From contig CBDFJF010000002.1 in the NCBI GenBank assembly GCA_965248265.1, positions 992,001-1,056,000 of the forward strand: 64,000 nt of DNA, read 5' to 3'. Position numbers and translations under genes: made by a program. How positions within the stretch are numbered: the stretch's first letter is position 1; each line of letters opens with the position of its first letter. Source of the DNA: Candidatus Latescibacterota bacterium. GTDB lineage: Bacteria > Latescibacterota > UBA2968 > UBA8231. The notes under the pieces are model-generated. The model saw nothing but the letters and a program-made list of their open reading frames with translations, ran no database searches and was not told the origin of the DNA. This document shows, piece by piece, positions 1 through 9,132 of this stretch.

Positions 1-1
1 T

Positions 2-145
2 CAGGTAACCGGTCGCATGCGCAGAGTGAGGGATGACTTCGGTCTTTCAGATGAGGAAAAGCAAGAATTGCGGTCGCGTTGGTACCGAAACTCGATAAAG
101 AAGGTTCACTTGTTGGAGGCGCGTTACCTGGCAGACCACGAGTGA
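2..145 (+). CDS. 3' end of a hypothetical protein (partial, runs off the left edge)
   Basis: Open frame QVTGRMRRVRDDFGLSDEEKQELRSRWYRNSIKKVHLLEARYLADHE ending at TGA 143-145, convergent with the next gene. Confidence 0.55.
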   Translation, partial: QVTGRMRRVRDDFGLSDEEKQELRSRWYRNSIKKVHLLEARYLADHE

Positions 146-157
146 GTCATAGAGCAC

Positions 158-2563
158 TCACTCCCCGTCGCCTTCCTCGGGAGCTTGATTGCTGGTAGCG
201 GTCGCAGTTTCCGGCGGTTCCACATGCTGCATCGTCCTCAGGCTATCCAGCAAGGCTCCTGAGCGCACTCTCAGGATGGGTCCCCGGCGGAGAAATTCGT
301 CCTGTCCGTGCGGACCGCGGTACTGGCCGTGGATGATCGCCCGGTAGTTCCCGCTCGGCAACCTTGCTTGCGCGCTCAAGAACAACTGCTCCTCCGCATC
401 TCCGCCGCCGAATGGCCACCATCGGCGGCGCTTTCCCTGACGAAGTTCGCCGAGGGGCCGCTTTTCTGCCCCATCCAGAGTCTGGATGCTGACAGCGCCG
501 GTGGACCAGGAGATGTCCTCGTCATCCACCAAGCGAAAAGAAAGGCTCAGGGGCTTTCCTTCCGCGTAGTAGGCGCGTCCGGCGATCGAGTCCGTGCTGG
601 CTGCAGCTGCCTTGGCGGTGAAGGTGACTGCTGGGCCGCGATGCGGGGGGGCGGTGGCCGACGATGTCGGTCCTCCGTGGAGGAGAGGCATGGTACGTTG
701 CGCGATCTCGCGGTCGAGTTGAAAGAGGGCGAAGCCGTCAGCACCTGAGCGCCGAGTCGATCTGATCTGATTCACCAGATCTTCCGGGTGCAATTGCCAG
801 GCGCCGATGCCGATGTAGAGGGGGGCTCGGCCGTCCATCCAGCTCACCTGACGCTGCACCAGGCTGTCGAACGCCGATTGGTCGGGCCTGTAGTCCATTG
901 GAATCACGAAATCGAGGTAGCCATCCTCGATCCACTGCACCCAGTCCTGACCGAGCGTGACCCGGGTGCGCGGCCAGTCAGGGAATACGGCAGCCGAGAT
1001 CTTGACGCCGGGGCGGCTGTCGCTCAGATGCGCGCTGATTTCACGGACCAGGGCGGTGACCTGCTCCATCCTCCAGGTGGCAAAGGCCTCCGAGAGGGGA
1101 CCGTCGATGACGTCACGCGGCCAATCGGAGATGCTGTGTCCTGTTTGCTCGGAAAAACGCACTCGGCAGCCGTTGTCGAAGCAGGCCCCGTCATGCGGGA
1201 AGCGTATATAGTCGAGATGAAGACCATCGATATCATACTCTTCCGCAACCTCGACGGCCGCTGCCAGCTCGAGTTGGCGATTGGCGGGATGGGAAGGGCA
1301 AAGCCAGGCGATCTCCCGGCCCCGGGCGTCGGTTTGCAGTCGGTTCTCGAGACGCATGACATCCACGAACACGGAATCGGCCGTCCTCAGTTTGTAACAC
1401 ACCTTCCAGACGTGGAGCTCCAGGTCCTGAGCGTGGCAGGCTCTGATGGCGGTTTGCAGACGGTCCTTTCCGGCCATCGAGAGACCGTCGGCGGACAGTA
1501 CGGCACTGGGGTAGCTCGCTTCCGCCGCCCCCAGGAATCGTGCGAGTATGGCATTGAAACCGTTGCGGGCTACCAGTCTTGCCGTCTGCGGCCAGCCGAA
1601 GCCAGACAGACCCTCGGAATCGGCCAGCCAGACGCCGCGAAACTCGCCACGACGACTCGGGAGCGCCGTGGCCATTGCGGTAACGGCGTGGTCTCGTGAT
1701 TGCAGGGCGAACTCCAGCGCTTGCGGGTAGCGCTCCTGCGCCAGTGCCTGTCGTGCCCTGGCACCTGCCCGCCGAGAGTCGTGCAACAGGTCGTCAGTGT
1801 CGTCGTGCACGGCAACAACGGCTTCTGCTGCATTCAGGGTGCCAACCACAGCTTGGGGCCACGTCTCCGGGAAGAAATGACCAAGCAAGGTGGCATACAA
1901 CCGTCCGGATTCACCAGAATCACCATCCAGGAGCACATGCGTGAGATGGGCGCCAGCCGGTCCGACCAGCAGGGCGGGAAAGCCGGTGTCCTGCCCCTCG
2001 AGGTTGTGCCACCGGGCTGCGACCATGACGGAGTCTCCCTGCGGTTCGACGCGGTAAATGTTCCAGGAGCTCTGGTGGACGACCGGAGGCAGGTTGGGCA
2101 CAACGTCGATGGTGCGGATCTGGGCAAACTGTCCGCGATACTTCGGCGACACAAATTCGAGCTGGCGGATGCCAGTGAGGTGCTGGATTTCAGGTGGGAG
2201 CAAGAAATACGTAAACAGACGACCACCGGAAGCGCGGAAAGTTTGCAGCCAGGTCACAACCTCGGGGTCATCCGATACGTCGTAGGCCAAGAACAGGGCG
2301 TCGACTGAATCGGAAGGGACATCGCTCAGCGCGCCGTCCTCGATGCGTGAGTGCTCGAGGCCGACGTAGTCGAGTGACCGAGAGACCTGCTCAAGGTAGG
2401 ATGATCCGTAGAGGGCGATGACCGGACCGGACTCGGCCGGGCACACGAAGCCCACGAGCGCGAGCACGATCGCGCAAGCGCGGGTCGCGTAAACGCGGAT
2501 CACGTAAACGCGGGTCGTGCAAATGCGGGCAGCGCACGCGGGCCGAATTAGACGGGATCTCAC
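158..2563 (-). CDS. Secreted GHL10/DUF187 (YddW-like) glycoside hydrolase with an N-terminal GATase-like domain
   Basis: Motifs EFRGVW, LELHVW, WLCPSHP, YDIDGLHLDYIRFP, QDWVQW..GYLDFVIPMDY; hydrophobic signal-like N-terminus; probable GTG start at 2563 overlapping the upstream TGA (the ORF track starts at 2614). Confidence 0.8.
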   Translation of the reverse strand: MRSRLIRPACAARICTTRVYVIRVYATRACAIVLALVGFVCPAESGPVIALYGSSYLEQVSRSLDYVGLEHSRIEDGALSDVPSDSVDALFLAYDVSDDPEVVTWLQTFRASGGRLFTYFLLPPEIQHLTGIRQLEFVSPKYRGQFAQIRTIDVVPNLPPVVHQSSWNIYRVEPQGDSVMVAARWHNLEGQDTGFPALLVGPAGAHLTHVLLDGDSGESGRLYATLLGHFFPETWPQAVVGTLNAAEAVVAVHDDTDDLLHDSRRAGARARQALAQERYPQALEFALQSRDHAVTAMATALPSRRGEFRGVWLADSEGLSGFGWPQTARLVARNGFNAILARFLGAAEASYPSAVLSADGLSMAGKDRLQTAIRACHAQDLELHVWKVCYKLRTADSVFVDVMRLENRLQTDARGREIAWLCPSHPANRQLELAAAVEVAEEYDIDGLHLDYIRFPHDGACFDNGCRVRFSEQTGHSISDWPRDVIDGPLSEAFATWRMEQVTALVREISAHLSDSRPGVKISAAVFPDWPRTRVTLGQDWVQWIEDGYLDFVIPMDYRPDQSAFDSLVQRQVSWMDGRAPLYIGIGAWQLHPEDLVNQIRSTRRSGADGFALFQLDREIAQRTMPLLHGGPTSSATAPPHRGPAVTFTAKAAAASTDSIAGRAYYAEGKPLSLSFRLVDDEDISWSTGAVSIQTLDGAEKRPLGELRQGKRRRWWPFGGGDAEEQLFLSAQARLPSGNYRAIIHGQYRGPHGQDEFLRRGPILRVRSGALLDSLRTMQHVEPPETATATSNQAPEEGDGE
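2471..2530. repeat. Four degenerate 15-bp tandem units inside the N-terminal coding region of the GHL10 gene
   Basis: cgcgcaagcgcgggt / cgcgtaaacgcggat / cacgtaaacgcgggt / cgtgcaaatgcgggc, encoding ARICT-TRVYV-IRVYA-TRACA. Confidence 0.75.
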
Positions 2564-3213
2564 TTGTCGATGACGAGCAGCCGGCCATGGATCAACGGCG
2601 CATCTCCCGGCCATGACAGCAGCGGTTCTTCCACTTGCCAGCTCATCTCGGTGGCACCGAGTTCGTCGACGCAGCGGGATGCCAGGTTTCTGAAGGCCAT
2701 GCGTCCCGGATCGGAAAGCACGATTCGCCCGGTGCCGGCGCGACAGGCCCTGGCAATGAGGTCGTACAGAGGTTGGACCATGCTGCTGCGGAAGCAGATA
2801 TCAGCGCCGATCACGACATCCTGCTTTTCCAGTATTGCCGTCTCCACCCGGTCGAAGCCGCCACTGAAATGCTGGATGTTTACCTCATTGACTTCCGCGT
2901 TGAGCTCCAGAAACGGAAACACCTGCGGGTCGAGATCCACGGATGTCACCGTTGCCGAACACACCCTCGCGCAATAGACGCTGGCCAGGCCCCAGCCGCA
3001 ACCAACTTCCATGATGTTGACCGGTTGTACCGGTTTGTGTTTCTCCAGATAGGACAGCAGCAGCCAGGTCGCGTTCCACAGTTTGTGACCCTGATAGGAA
3101 GGCGTATGGTGTCGGCGCAGCTCGCGAAGGCGTGGATGAGAGGAGCGCAGCACACGGATGCCGAAAACTTGACGCTCGTATGGCCCTGACTCAGTTTTCC
3201 GCGGTGCATCCAT
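2560..3213 (-). CDS. Class I SAM-dependent methyltransferase (Methyltransf_16-like)
   Basis: GHKLWNA, MEVGCGWGL motif I, DVVIGADI, LSDPGR. Confidence 0.8.
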   Translation of the reverse strand: MDAPRKTESGPYERQVFGIRVLRSSHPRLRELRRHHTPSYQGHKLWNATWLLLSYLEKHKPVQPVNIMEVGCGWGLASVYCARVCSATVTSVDLDPQVFPFLELNAEVNEVNIQHFSGGFDRVETAILEKQDVVIGADICFRSSMVQPLYDLIARACRAGTGRIVLSDPGRMAFRNLASRCVDELGATEMSWQVEEPLLSWPGDAPLIHGRLLVIDK

Positions 3214-3302
3214 CGGGTCGGTCCCATGTCTTTCGTCGTCGTGACGCAGGGGTCTCCGACAAAGATAGCATCAGTCGCGACGGCACGTTTCCCCTGCCAT
3301 GA

Positions 3303-4403
3303 ATGATGTCTGAGTCTCTGCCGCTCACCAGGATCGTTGCCGAGCTGCCCCCGATGACTCCGTTCGTCGGGCCTGAAACGCTCGAACGCAGGATGGGGCG
3401 AGCGTTCGATGTCCGGGTAGGTGCCAATGAGAGCGCCTTCGGAATCTCGCCGAAGGCGACAGAGGCGATGAGCCAGGCTGTCGAACGGGTAGCCTGGTAC
3501 AACGACCCGGACAATTTTGATCTGCGCACAGCCCTCGGTGACCGCCACGGCATCGAGCTCGACCAGATCTGCGTCAGTGCTGGCATCGATGACCTGCTCG
3601 GGCTCATCGTGCGTATTTTCGTGGAGCGTGGAGATCCCGTGGTCGCTTCGCAGGGGTCCTACCCTACCTTCGCCTTTCACGTAAGCGGTTTCGGTGGACG
3701 TGCCGAACTGGTGCCCTACGTCGACGACCGGGCGGACCTGGATGGACTGTTGGCGAGGGTCGTGCAAACCGGTGCCCACGTCGTTTACCTGGCCAATCCG
3801 GATAATCCGATGGGCAGGTGGCATGAGGCCGACGAGGTGGAGGGGTTTCTCCGTGCCCTGCCGACCGATTGCATCGCCATAATAGACGAAGCATACGCGG
3901 ATTTTGCCCCCGCCACAGCGATCCCGGCGATGGACCCAGCCGATCGGCGTACCATCCGGACACGCACGTTCTCCAAGGCGCACGGCATGGCGGGAGCCCG
4001 TATCGGCTACGCCCTGGCGCACACCGCTCTGGTGGCCGAACTGGAGAAGGTCCGCAATCACTTCGGTGTGAACCGCGTGGCACAAGCTGGTGCGCTGGCT
4101 TCCCTGAAGGACGAAATTTTCGTGCAGGATGTCGTCGCAGCGGTCGCGGAAGGCAGAGCAGACTACGCGCGCATGGCACAGGATCTCGGTCTGGCCACGG
4201 TCCCTTCCGCCACCAACTTCCTCTGCTTCGATATGGGTTCAAACGAGCACGCTGTGGCCACGCTTCAATCGTTGCAGGAACGCGGCGTCTTCGTGCGCAT
4301 GCCAAGCTCCCCTCCGCAGAACCGGTGCATTCGCGTTACGGTGGGCCTGCCGCAAGAGCGTCGCCGGTTTGAAGCCATTCTGAAGGAGGTGCTGCAGACG
4401 TGA
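3303..4403 (+). CDS. PLP-dependent aminotransferase class I/II, HisC-like
   Basis: GANES, YLANPDNPMG, IIDEAY, RTFSKAHGMAGARIGY. Confidence 0.85.
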   Translation: MMSESLPLTRIVAELPPMTPFVGPETLERRMGRAFDVRVGANESAFGISPKATEAMSQAVERVAWYNDPDNFDLRTALGDRHGIELDQICVSAGIDDLLGLIVRIFVERGDPVVASQGSYPTFAFHVSGFGGRAELVPYVDDRADLDGLLARVVQTGAHVVYLANPDNPMGRWHEADEVEGFLRALPTDCIAIIDEAYADFAPATAIPAMDPADRRTIRTRTFSKAHGMAGARIGYALAHTALVAELEKVRNHFGVNRVAQAGALASLKDEIFVQDVVAAVAEGRADYARMAQDLGLATVPSATNFLCFDMGSNEHAVATLQSLQERGVFVRMPSSPPQNRCIRVTVGLPQERRRFEAILKEVLQT

Positions 4404-5293
4404 AGATTCTGGTTTCCGGATCCACGGGCTTCGTCGGTTCCGCGCTGTGCACGGTCTTGCGGGGTCGTCGCCATCAGGTCGTTCCGCTGGTGCGGGGAGG
4501 CACCGACGTGGACGGGGCTGCTGTGCTCTGGGATCCGCTGACCGGTAGCCTTGACCATCAGCAGCTCGAGGGAATCGATGCCGTCATCCATCTGGCGGGT
4601 GAGAATGTGGCCTCCGGGCGCTGGAACGCAGCGCGGAAGGAACGCATCCGCGCCAGCCGCGTGGAGGGGACGCGGTTGCTGGCCACCAGGCTGAGTCTGC
4701 TCGACCGTCCACCAGCCGTCGCGGTCTGTGCTTCCGCCATCGGCTACTACGGCAATCGGGCGGATGAAGTGATGACGGAGGAGAGCACTCCGGGAACCGG
4801 GTTTTTGGCTGAGGTCGTGCAGGAATGGGAACAGGCCACGATGCCGATGCGGGACAAGGGCATCAGAGTCGTCAACATGCGAATTGGCGTGGTGTTGTCG
4901 CCGATCGGGGCAGCCCTCGAGCGCATGCTGCTGCCGTTCCGCCTGGGCTTGGGGGGGCGTATTGGGGACGGGCGTCAGTACATGAGCTGGATCACGCTGG
5001 AGGACGTCATTGAGGCGATCGCTCTTGCTCTGGATAACGAGTCACTGAGCGGTCCCGTGAACACGGTGTCACCCGGGCACGTGACGAACCGGCACTTCAC
5101 CCGGGCCCTGGGCCGTGCCGTGCGTCGGCCGACGCTGCTACCGGTGCCGGCGTGGCTGGTGCGTCTGGCCATGGGGGAGATGGGGGAGGATCTTCTGCTA
5201 TCCAGCACGCGGGTTGAGCCGGTGCGGTTGTTGCAGGCCGGTTACGAGTTTCACTGTCCGACTATCGAGTCGGCGTTCGAGCACATGCTGTGA
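4400..5293 (+). CDS. TIGR01777 (YfcH-like) NAD-dependent epimerase/oxidoreductase
   Basis: ILVSGSTGFVG, HLAGENV..RW, SAIGYYG, GRQYMSWI; GTGA overlap with the upstream gene. Confidence 0.9.
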   Translation: MKILVSGSTGFVGSALCTVLRGRRHQVVPLVRGGTDVDGAAVLWDPLTGSLDHQQLEGIDAVIHLAGENVASGRWNAARKERIRASRVEGTRLLATRLSLLDRPPAVAVCASAIGYYGNRADEVMTEESTPGTGFLAEVVQEWEQATMPMRDKGIRVVNMRIGVVLSPIGAALERMLLPFRLGLGGRIGDGRQYMSWITLEDVIEAIALALDNESLSGPVNTVSPGHVTNRHFTRALGRAVRRPTLLPVPAWLVRLAMGEMGEDLLLSSTRVEPVRLLQAGYEFHCPTIESAFEHML

Positions 5294-5329
5294 TATCGCC
5301 CAGTTCGGAGCCCCGCGAGTAGGTAAGCT

Positions 5330-6310
5330 ATGCGTGTCAGCTACACTCCCGATTACTACGTGGAACTCGCCTCAGGCCATCCCTTTCCGATGGGCAAGTT
5401 CCCTGCGTTCAAGCAGATTCTATGCGGTGAAGGACTGATCCGTCCACAGGATATCGTCGCGCCGGAGGAAGTTGGTTGGGATGCACTCGAACTGGTGCAC
5501 ACCAGGGACTACCTGCGCGAACTGCGGGATGGACAGATGAGCAAGTCGGCTGTGCGGCGCATGGGGTTGCCATGGTCTCAGGCGCTGGTACGACGGTCTC
5601 GTCTCGCCGTGCAGGGCACCCTTAGCGCCGCGCGTATGGCGCTGAAGGATGGAATAGCGGCCAACCTGGCGGGCGGTACTCATCATGCCTTTCCCGATCA
5701 CGCCGAGGGATTCTGCGTCCTCAATGACGTCGCGGTCACCATTCGCCTGTTGCAACGACAGCGCGAGATAGAGCGTGCTCTCGTCATCGATCTCGATGTT
5801 CATCAAGGCAACGGCAACGCGGCGGCCCTGCCGGATGGAACCGGCGCCTTCACCTTCTCCATGCACGGGGCGCACAACTATCCGTTCGACAAGGGGAAGT
5901 CGTCTCTGGATGTGCAGCTGGATGACGGTCTCACCGACGACGACTACATCGAGACCCTCGACCGCCACTTGCCGCTGGCATTGGATCGCGCGCGAGCCGA
6001 CATCGTCTTCTACCTCGCCGGGGTCGATCTGGTCGCCGGTGACCGCTATGGCCGGCTGGCGCTGAGCCGCGCGGGTCTGCACCGGCGTGACCGGGCCGTA
6101 CTGGAGGCCGTGCACGAGCGTGGACTCACCACGGTCCTGTTGATGTCGGGAGGGTACGCCCGGACACCTGAGGAGACCGCTGATCTGCACGCCATCGTAC
6201 ACCGGGAGGCCCACAGCCTGTCTTTCGCACCCATGCCAGGGCACGCGAGGGCTGCCAGCACTGATCTTGTCAAAAGTTTGTCTACGTCAGAAAGGGATCT
6301 GCTATCATGA
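5330..6310 (+). CDS. Histone deacetylase family protein
   Basis: HPFPMGKF, NLAGGTHHA, GFCVLND, IDLDVHQGNG, SGGY. Confidence 0.9.
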   Translation: MRVSYTPDYYVELASGHPFPMGKFPAFKQILCGEGLIRPQDIVAPEEVGWDALELVHTRDYLRELRDGQMSKSAVRRMGLPWSQALVRRSRLAVQGTLSAARMALKDGIAANLAGGTHHAFPDHAEGFCVLNDVAVTIRLLQRQREIERALVIDLDVHQGNGNAAALPDGTGAFTFSMHGAHNYPFDKGKSSLDVQLDDGLTDDDYIETLDRHLPLALDRARADIVFYLAGVDLVAGDRYGRLALSRAGLHRRDRAVLEAVHERGLTTVLLMSGGYARTPEETADLHAIVHREAHSLSFAPMPGHARAASTDLVKSLSTSERDLLS

Positions 6311-7092
6311 CCGACACACCAGAGGACCAGACGCTTCTGTGGTCCGCGTTGTGCCAGAGTCAGCGACTGGAACTGGTCGGCGAGACCACCGGCGGGATGA
6401 TCCACGAATTGAACAACGGACTCAGCGTCGTCAACGGCCTTGTCGAACTGCTGCTGGAAAAGCTCAACGATAGCCCAGACACGGAAAACCTGTCGACCGC
6501 TGGTTCAGAGGATTTGCTCGACGTGGCGCGGCGAGACCTGGCCAAGGTGGTGGTGTGGATGGACTCCAGCATGGCGAGCGCCGAGCGCCTGCTGGCATAC
6601 GCTCACCGGATGACGGGAAGAAACGCAAAATTGGATGTCAATGAACTATGCGCTGCCGCCTTCGATGAGTCACGCTACCGGTGTGGGCGCGAAGGCATCG
6701 ACATGAAGCTGGATTTGGCTGACGGTCTTCCGCGCGTCAATGGTCACGCTGGTCAACTGCTCTCGGTGCTGTCGAATGTGGTGCGCAACAGCAGGGAGGC
6801 CTATGCCCGCGATGCCACCGCGACTGATTCGCGGACAATCCATATATCGACACACATGGACGGTGCCAACGTCGTCATCCACATCGATGACGAAGGACCC
6901 GGCATACCTCAGGGTATGAGTGAGCGTGTCTTCGAGCTGGCTTTTTCAACGAAAACGGACACAGATGCAGTCGTGGGATCGGGTCTGCCCGTTGCCCGGA
7001 TGATGGTACGCTGCCATGGTGGCGATCTGCGCGTGGGGGAGCGCGCCACGGGTACGCGGATTGTCATCGAGCTGCCCAAGGTCAAAGACTGA
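6307..7092 (+). CDS. Sensor-less histidine kinase (HisKA + HATPase only)
   Basis: H-box MIHELNNGL, N-box NVVRNSREA, G1 DDEGPGI, G2 VGSGL; ATGA overlap with the HDAC gene. Confidence 0.8.
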   Translation: MTDTPEDQTLLWSALCQSQRLELVGETTGGMIHELNNGLSVVNGLVELLLEKLNDSPDTENLSTAGSEDLLDVARRDLAKVVVWMDSSMASAERLLAYAHRMTGRNAKLDVNELCAAAFDESRYRCGREGIDMKLDLADGLPRVNGHAGQLLSVLSNVVRNSREAYARDATATDSRTIHISTHMDGANVVIHIDDEGPGIPQGMSERVFELAFSTKTDTDAVVGSGLPVARMMVRCHGGDLRVGERATGTRIVIELPKVKD

Positions 7093-7477
7093 GGTTCAGT
7101 CTCCATGGGATCAGCAGACTGGCAGCCAACAGGGTCAACGTGTAAAGGGCAGCAGCCAGCAGGGAATAGAGCTGAACTCGTCCAGCCTTGGCCTTGATGC
7201 GATCGACGAGTTGTTGGTCTTCGATGGGCTCCGTTCCCTGCTCAGTGGTGCGCGCACCGCGCGCGGCGAGAAACACTCAGGTAGAGCTGAAGGCCTGAAA
7301 CAGGAAGAGCATGCACATCCAGGCTGGGATGAAGACGATGACGCGCACCGGCAGCGGGAAATCACTCACCGTGAACAGGCCCATGGAGCCGAGGCAGAAG
7401 AAAAACAGCAGAATTCCAAAAAACACTCTGAACCGACGGCCGTCCTCGGTGATATTCGAGGAGGAGATCTCAGCCAG
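7082..7477 (-). CDS. Candidate small membrane selenoprotein (about 131 aa, in-frame TGA read as Sec67)
   Basis: ORFs 7277..7501 and 7082..7276 are in the same frame and separated only by TGA (FQAFSST-U-VFLAARG); a hairpin follows the TGA; probable CTG start after GGAGGAGG, overlapping the AKR stop; three hydrophobic segments. Confidence 0.65.
7250..7264 (-). promoter_or_regulatory. Putative bacterial SECIS for the candidate selenoprotein
   Basis: UGA + 12 nt + GCGCGC-GGU-GCGCGC; spacing and GGU loop resemble the selD hairpin. Confidence 0.5.
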
Positions 7478-8372
7478 CGGGGGCCTCCTCCAGTATGGCA
7501 TCGATGCGGGTCAGCTCATCTTCTGTAAATTCGACCGTTATCGCTCCGAGGTGATCCCGAACCTGCTCCGTATTCTTGGCACCAACGAGCACGCAGGTCA
7601 CGGTCTCCTGTCTCAAGATCCAGGAGATCGCCAGCTGCACCATGTTGATGTCCTTAGCCTGAGCCACTTCAGCGAGCCGATCGGCAACGGCGATCTGGGC
7701 GGCGAAGGTGTCTCCGGCAAATCGGTCCCTGCGTTCATCGCCTTCGGGAAATTCGTGGCCGGGGCGGTAGCGCCCGCTTAACAGCCCCTTGCCCAGCGGA
7801 CTGTGCGCGAGGATGCCGATGCCGTGCTCCTCGCAGTACGGAATATCGGCTTCCTCGATCTTCCGGTTGAACATGTTGTAGGCAGGTTGGTTTGAACTGA
7901 AGGTGGCGATGGCGCTCGCCCGCTGCATTTGATCGGCGTTGAAGTTGGAGACGCCGATGAAGCGCACCTTGCCCTCTTCCTGCAGTTCGGCCATGGCTTC
8001 CATGCTCGCCTCCACCGGGTATTTCGCGTTCCAGCTGTGGATCTGGTAGAGGTCGACGTACTCGACGTCCAGCTTGCGCAGACTATCGTCGATGGACTTG
8101 TGGATGGCCTCGGGAGAGTAGTCGTGGCTGACTTTGGTGGCCAGAAAACAGCGGTCGCGATAGCCGTCCTTGAGGGCCTTGCCGACGCGTTCCTCGCTGA
8201 CGCGATAAGCCTGCGCCGTGTCGACGAGGGTGACGCCCTCATCGATTGCCGTACGCACGATGTCGATGGCCGTCTGTTCATCCATGTCACCCATGCCACC
8301 GCCCAGGGGCCAGGCCCCGAGGCCGATGACGGGTACTTCAGGTCCGTCCGTTCCCAGTTGTCTGTATTCCAT
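7470..8372 (-). CDS. Aldo/keto reductase
   Basis: IGLGAW, DTAQAY, LATKV, DLYQIH, IGVSNF, HSPLGKGLLSG. Confidence 0.92.
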   Translation of the reverse strand: MEYRQLGTDGPEVPVIGLGAWPLGGGMGDMDEQTAIDIVRTAIDEGVTLVDTAQAYRVSEERVGKALKDGYRDRCFLATKVSHDYSPEAIHKSIDDSLRKLDVEYVDLYQIHSWNAKYPVEASMEAMAELQEEGKVRFIGVSNFNADQMQRASAIATFSSNQPAYNMFNRKIEEADIPYCEEHGIGILAHSPLGKGLLSGRYRPGHEFPEGDERRDRFAGDTFAAQIAVADRLAEVAQAKDINMVQLAISWILRQETVTCVLVGAKNTEQVRDHLGAITVEFTEDELTRIDAILEEAPAG

Positions 8373-8403
8373 TGCCGTTTGGTTGATCTGTGGTGTGAAA
8401 GGA

Positions 8404-9132
8404 TCAGAGTGTTAGGGTAATTTTAAGCCAATCTTCGAGCAGAAACGATATGCGGCCGATGAGCAGGGACAGGCGTGCCATGATGGTATAGCCGAAGGAG
8501 GCGCCGAAGGCGACCATCAGGAAGTAGATGCCGACTTTGGAAACGCCACCCACGATGCCGGTATGCTCCACAGAAAAGAAGAAATAAACCAGCACAGACA
8601 CCACACCGATGAGGACGACGAGAACGTCGAACCCTTCCATCGTCAGCGATAGCGGCCGCAACGTCGGTTCGATCTGCTGCAGGATGAAGGAAGAGATATA
8701 GCGCGGGATGGTCAATCCGGCGCCGAAACCGACGAAAAATGCGAAGGAAATTCGGCTCAACCACGCCCAGCGGCGGGAAAAGCGGGTCAGCATTAACACG
8801 CCCAGGATGGTGGGTATGAGAAGCAGCCACTTGGTGTGCGCCTCCGCCTCTTCCTTCATGAAGACGGGTTCGATGAGCATGCCGAAGAAGCCGCCGAACC
8901 AGTACTGGCCGAAGATGTAGGCGGCAGCGACGCCGACGTAGATGTGCTCGGCGAACTTGAAGAGAGGATTGTCCTTGTAGAGGAAGCTGTATATCAGCAG
9001 CGTGAGTCCGGCTCCCACGATGATACCGAAACCAGTCCAATCCGCCTGCAGCCGCCCCGTACCAAGGAAGACGACGTTGAGTGCCGCAAAGGCCAGGATG
9101 AGGCCGCCAAAGATGTAGCTGTCTCTGCTCAT
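8404..9132 (-). CDS. Conserved multi-pass membrane protein of unknown function (GlmL-like operon)
   Basis: About 7 hydrophobic helices; YSFLYKDNPLFKFAEH and MVAFGASFGYTIMARLSLLIGR motifs; ATGA overlap with the upstream gene. Confidence 0.8.
   Translation of the reverse strand: MSRDSYIFGGLILAFAALNVVFLGTGRLQADWTGFGIIVGAGLTLLIYSFLYKDNPLFKFAEHIYVGVAAAYIFGQYWFGGFFGMLIEPVFMKEEAEAHTKWLLLIPTILGVLMLTRFSRRWAWLSRISFAFFVGFGAGLTIPRYISSFILQQIEPTLRPLSLTMEGFDVLVVLIGVVSVLVYFFFSVEHTGIVGGVSKVGIYFLMVAFGASFGYTIMARLSLLIGRISFLLEDWLKITLTL

Noticed and set aside
2560-3213. EgtD histidine trimethylase supplying hercynine to SenA
   Set aside because: It is too short and lacks recognisable EgtD motifs; it resembles Methyltransf_16. 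The hercynine source is not in this window
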